The notes below the pieces were generated by a model. The model had not been told where the DNA came from. It was given only the letters and a program-made list of their open reading frames with translations, and searched no databases. Of a stretch of DNA of 64,000 nucleotides, positions 60,743-64,000 are shown piece by piece. Both the position numbers and the translations under genes were made by a program. The first letter of the stretch is position 1, and each line of letters opens with the position of its first letter. The DNA lies in NCBI GenBank assembly GCA_963840975.1, contig CAWJBC010000007.1, positions 20,136 to 84,135 on the forward strand. Reading direction: 5' to 3'. The DNA comes from an uncultured Bacteroidales bacterium. GTDB lineage: Bacteria > Bacteroidota > Bacteroidia > Bacteroidales > JAADJA01.

Positions 60743-61458
60743 TGATAAACAAGATTGTTAAGTCGGCCAGTGATGCGGTTGCAGATATCTTTGACGGAGC
60801 AACTGTAATGATAGGTGGTTTTGGTGAAGCCGGTAGCCCTATCGAACTCATTCATGCATTAATAGATCAGGGTGCTAAGAACCTGACGGTGGTTAGCAAT
60901 AATGCGGGAAGTGGCAATGTAGGTCTGGCAGCCCTTATCGAAAACAGGCAGGTGAAAAAGATTATATGTTCTTTTCCCAGAACAGTTATATCAGTCGTTT
61001 TTCCTGAGATGTACCGCAATGGAGAAATAGAACTGGAGTTGGTACCCCAGGGTACGCTTGCAGAAAAAATAAGAGCCGGGGGGGCAGGTATTCCTGCTTT
61101 TTACACACCGGCAACAGTGAACACACCGCTTGCCAAAGGTAAAGAGACAAAAGTTTTTGATGGTCAAACTTATGTAATGGAGCATGCCATAAAAGCAGAT
61201 TTCTCATTGGTAAAATGCCATGCCGCCGACAAATATGGTAATCTGATTTATAATAAAACAGCAAGGAATTTTGGTCCGGTCATGTGTATGGCAGCGAAAA
61301 CTTCCATAGTTCAGGCGAAAAAAATTCTTGAGGTTGGACAGATTGACCCTGAGTGTGTTGTTACACCTGGAATTTTTGTAAAAAGAATAGTTGAAATTTC
61401 AAACCCTGCTGATGAATCTGTACTGGTAGCTGAAAAAAGGAGGTACCCATGGAATTAA
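60742..61458 (+). CDS. 3-oxoacid CoA-transferase, subunit A
   Basis: Typical family I CoA-transferase A N-terminus: KIVKSASDAVADIFDGATVMIGGFGEAGSPIELIHAL...NLTVVSNNAG. Confidence 0.88.
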   Translation: MINKIVKSASDAVADIFDGATVMIGGFGEAGSPIELIHALIDQGAKNLTVVSNNAGSGNVGLAALIENRQVKKIICSFPRTVISVVFPEMYRNGEIELELVPQGTLAEKIRAGGAGIPAFYTPATVNTPLAKGKETKVFDGQTYVMEHAIKADFSLVKCHAADKYGNLIYNKTARNFGPVMCMAAKTSIVQAKKILEVGQIDPECVVTPGIFVKRIVEISNPADESVLVAEKRRYPWN

Positions 61459-62102
61459 AAGAAAATAACGGATGGAACAATAAGGAAATGGCTCAAAAAG
61501 TAGCCAAGGATATACATGACGGAGCTTATGTTAATCTGGGTATTGGAATACCAGAAATGGTAGCCGGCTATATACCCGAAGGACGTGAAGTAATTTATCA
61601 TACCGAAAATGGATTGCTTGGAATGGGTAAAGTGGCAGAAAGTGGTTCTGAAGATTTTGAACTGGTTAATGCCGGTAAAAAATATGTGACCGCTATTCCC
61701 GGTGCCGCCTATTTTCATCATGCTGATAGTTTTGCCATGATACGAGGAGGGCATATTGATATTTGTGTTCTTGGAGCTTACCAGGTTTCGGAAGAAGGTG
61801 ACCTTGCCAACTGGTCAACTGGCGATGCCGATGCTATACCAGCTGTAGGTGGTGCGATGGATTTGGTTGCAGGCGTAAAAACAATTTATGTGATAACACA
61901 GCACAACACCAAAAGTGGTGAATCCAAAATTGTTAAAAAATGTACTTATCCCCTCACAGGCAAGAACGTAGTAAGCAGAATTTACACCAACCTCGCAATT
62001 ATTGATGTTGTTGATGGAAAATTGTTTGTAAAAGAAATGGCTCCGGGAATCACGTTCGACTATTTGCAGGAAAAAACGGAGGCTAAACTATATCAGAACT
62101 AA
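61449..62102 (+). CDS. 3-oxoacid CoA-transferase, subunit B
   Basis: Catalytic-Glu motif region HTENGLLGMG. It overlaps subunit A by 10 nt. Confidence 0.88.
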   Translation: MELKENNGWNNKEMAQKVAKDIHDGAYVNLGIGIPEMVAGYIPEGREVIYHTENGLLGMGKVAESGSEDFELVNAGKKYVTAIPGAAYFHHADSFAMIRGGHIDICVLGAYQVSEEGDLANWSTGDADAIPAVGGAMDLVAGVKTIYVITQHNTKSGESKIVKKCTYPLTGKNVVSRIYTNLAIIDVVDGKLFVKEMAPGITFDYLQEKTEAKLYQN

Positions 62103-62115
62103 AAAATTAAGCAGT

Positions 62116-63450
62116 ATGTCGCAAAATAGAAATAGCGAAGAAATATATAAGAAGGCGTGCGAAGTATTACCCGGCGGTGTTAGTAGAAATACGGTATATC
62201 GTAAACCTTTTCCGAACTACGCAGAAAATGCATCGGGATGTTATATAACGGATATTGAAGGGACTAAACGTATTGACTTCGCAAACAACATGGCTTCGCT
62301 CATTCATGGTCATGCCCACCCTGCAATAGTTGATGCGGTTATTCAACAGCTTAAAAAGGGAACTGCCTACACTATGGCAACCGAGATTGAAGTCGCCTTC
62401 GCACAACTTCTAACCAACAGGGCAAAGGGTTTTGAAAAAATCAGATTCGTAAACTCCGGGACGGAAGCTGTTATGGCTATGATTAAAACTTCAAGAGCAT
62501 TTACCGGACGTCCTAAAATTGCTAAAGCAGAAGGTGCTTATCATGGAACTTATGATTTTGCCGAAGTCAGTCAAACTGCAAATCCATCCAATTGGGGCGA
62601 GATTAACCAACCAAACAGTGTCCCGCTTGCTTTTGGAACACCCAAAGGGGTATTGGATGATGTATTGATAATTCCTTACAATGATACCGAAAGAACAATT
62701 GCAATTCTGGACAAACAAGCCGACCAGATTGCATGTGTATTGCTTGACCCTGTTCCGCATAGAATTGGGCTAATGCAAGGGGAAAGTGAGTACGTTGAGG
62801 CTATTTATAATTGGACTAGGAGAAACGGGGCTTTACTCGTATTTGATGAAGTAGTTACTTTTAGGGTGAATTATGGAGGTGCACAGGAAAAATACGCTGT
62901 AACTCCTGATATTACAGCATTGGGCAAAATAATAGGCGGAGGATTTCCTGTTGGGGCTATAGCAGGCAGGACAGATGTTATGAAAGTTTTGGATCTTCGC
63001 GAACCCAACCTGAAATTACCGCATTCGGGAACTTTCTCTGCCAACCCCATTACTATGACAGCCGGTTTCACAGCAATGGAATTATTTGACAGGGAAACTG
63101 TTTTGAAATTGAATGCTTTTACAAAAAGCGCCATCAATCAGATTGAAGACGTTATCAAACTTGTTGATGTTCCGGTATCCATTACTGGTGCAGGTTCAAT
63201 GTTTCGCTTTCATTTGATGCCCACCCCGCCAACAACTTATCGTGAAGCGTATCAAACAAAAGAAGTCGTTGGGGTTATTAAGGAACTGCTCGACTTTTTA
63301 TACTTTGAAGAAAATATATTGATGATTAATACTTTCGCTTGTATGTTCTCAACTGTTTTGACCCAAAAAGAAATTGATAAACTCTCCGAAGGATTAATGC
63401 GTGCTTTTAAAGCGCTTAAACCTAAAATCGAAAATTTACAAAAAGTATAA
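62116..63450 (+). CDS. Class-III PLP aminotransferase, glutamate-1-semialdehyde aminomutase-like
   Basis: PGGVSRN, FVNSGTEAVMAMIK, FDEVVTFR, and the PLP lysine in DITALGKIIGGGFPVGA, closely resembling the HemL pattern. Confidence 0.85.
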   Translation: MSQNRNSEEIYKKACEVLPGGVSRNTVYRKPFPNYAENASGCYITDIEGTKRIDFANNMASLIHGHAHPAIVDAVIQQLKKGTAYTMATEIEVAFAQLLTNRAKGFEKIRFVNSGTEAVMAMIKTSRAFTGRPKIAKAEGAYHGTYDFAEVSQTANPSNWGEINQPNSVPLAFGTPKGVLDDVLIIPYNDTERTIAILDKQADQIACVLLDPVPHRIGLMQGESEYVEAIYNWTRRNGALLVFDEVVTFRVNYGGAQEKYAVTPDITALGKIIGGGFPVGAIAGRTDVMKVLDLREPNLKLPHSGTFSANPITMTAGFTAMELFDRETVLKLNAFTKSAINQIEDVIKLVDVPVSITGAGSMFRFHLMPTPPTTYREAYQTKEVVGVIKELLDFLYFEENILMINTFACMFSTVLTQKEIDKLSEGLMRAFKALKPKIENLQKV

Positions 63451-63454
63451 AATT

Positions 63455-64000
63455 ATGAAGGAAGTTTTCATTTGTGATGCCATACGTACGCCGGTTGGGA
63501 AATACGGTGGAGTACTATCCTCAGTAAGAACTGATGACTTAGCAGCATTTCCTTTAAGTGTATTAATTGACAGAAATCCTGGAATAGACTGGCTGGATAT
63601 AGACGATGTAATATTGGGCTGTGCCAACCAGGCTGGTGAAGACAATCGAAATGTAGCCCGCATGGCGCTGTTACTTGCCGGTTATTCCGATACTATACCG
63701 GGTTCAACCGTTAACCGTTTGTGCGGTTCAGGTATGGATGCCATTGGAACAGCTGCAAGGGCAATTAAAGCTGGTGAAGCAAACCTGATTATTGCCGGTG
63801 GTGTCGAAAGTATGTCAAGGGCTCCATTTGTGATGGGGAAAGCGACCACCGCATTTTCAAGAGAAGCAGAAATATATGACACTACCATTGGATGGCGCTT
63901 TATCAATAAAAAACTCAAAGCTCAATATGGCACTGAATCAATGATTGAAACTGCTGAAAATATTGCCTCAGATTTCAAAATTAGTCGTGAGGACCAGGAT
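63455..64000 (+). CDS. 3-oxoadipyl-CoA/acetyl-CoA C-acyltransferase (PaaJ/PcaF-type thiolase), 5' part, runs off window end
   Basis: This ORF is not in the supplied track because it has no stop in the window. ATG 63455 gives MKEVFICDAIRTPVGKYGGVLSSVRTDDLAA...ILGCANQAGEDNRNVARMA...VNRLCGSGMDAI (active-site Cys)...GGVESMSRAPFVMGKA...ISREDQD. It is almost colinear with E. coli PaaJ as I recall that sequence. Confidence 0.9.
   Translation, partial: MKEVFICDAIRTPVGKYGGVLSSVRTDDLAAFPLSVLIDRNPGIDWLDIDDVILGCANQAGEDNRNVARMALLLAGYSDTIPGSTVNRLCGSGMDAIGTAARAIKAGEANLIIAGGVESMSRAPFVMGKATTAFSREAEIYDTTIGWRFINKKLKAQYGTESMIETAENIASDFKISREDQD

Noticed and set aside
1-64000. Prophage, integrative element or IS content
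   Set aside because: No integrase, transposase, recombinase, phage structural or conjugation genes are visible in any frame. The only mobile-looking items are the two non-autonomous hairpin elements.

Overview
This is an AT-rich chromosomal segment from a Bacteroidota-type bacterium. Supporting signs are many T9SS C-terminal sorting domains, a PorP/SprF gene and TAnnTTTG-type promoter boxes. No rRNA genes, CRISPR arrays, transposases or integrases are visible.

Content in order:
- A roughly 6 kb cadherin-repeat T9SS adhesin gene.
- A roughly 10 kb envelope-modification island. It holds a Dlt-like carrier-protein/MBOAT acylation set, convergent with a wecE/wecD plus polyprenyl-phosphate GT2 plus GT-C-like set.
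- Secreted T9SS cargo genes.
- Housekeeping genes: recA, bcp, nth, an ECF sigma factor, uvrA, zur-znuABC, a DEAD-box helicase and tmk.
- A PorP/SprF gene convergent with a PKD-repeat type-B CTD protein.
- A complete selenocysteine locus: tRNA-Sec, selA, selB, yedF, selD.
- A type II toxin-antitoxin pair.
- A catabolic cluster that runs off the window end: XRE-cupin regulator, KamA-family radical-SAM aminomutase, CoA-transferase A and B subunits, class-III aminotransferase and a PaaJ/PcaF-type thiolase.

Most notable findings:
1. Directly upstream of tRNA-Sec, a signal-peptide/T9SS-CTD protein has one in-frame UGA in a C-x-x-U context, followed by a SECIS-like hairpin. It is a candidate secreted selenoprotein.
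2. The aminomutase cluster reads as a coherent but undescribed route: alpha-amino acid to beta-amino acid, to beta-keto acid, to beta-ketoacyl-CoA, then thiolysis.
3. Two paralogous structured intergenic elements of about 235 nt sit at the same spacing upstream of unrelated genes. One carries a nested hairpin MITE.
4. Six single-nucleotide frameshifts break otherwise intact genes, and several lie in homopolymers. These are probably sequencing artefacts, so pseudogene calls are provisional.
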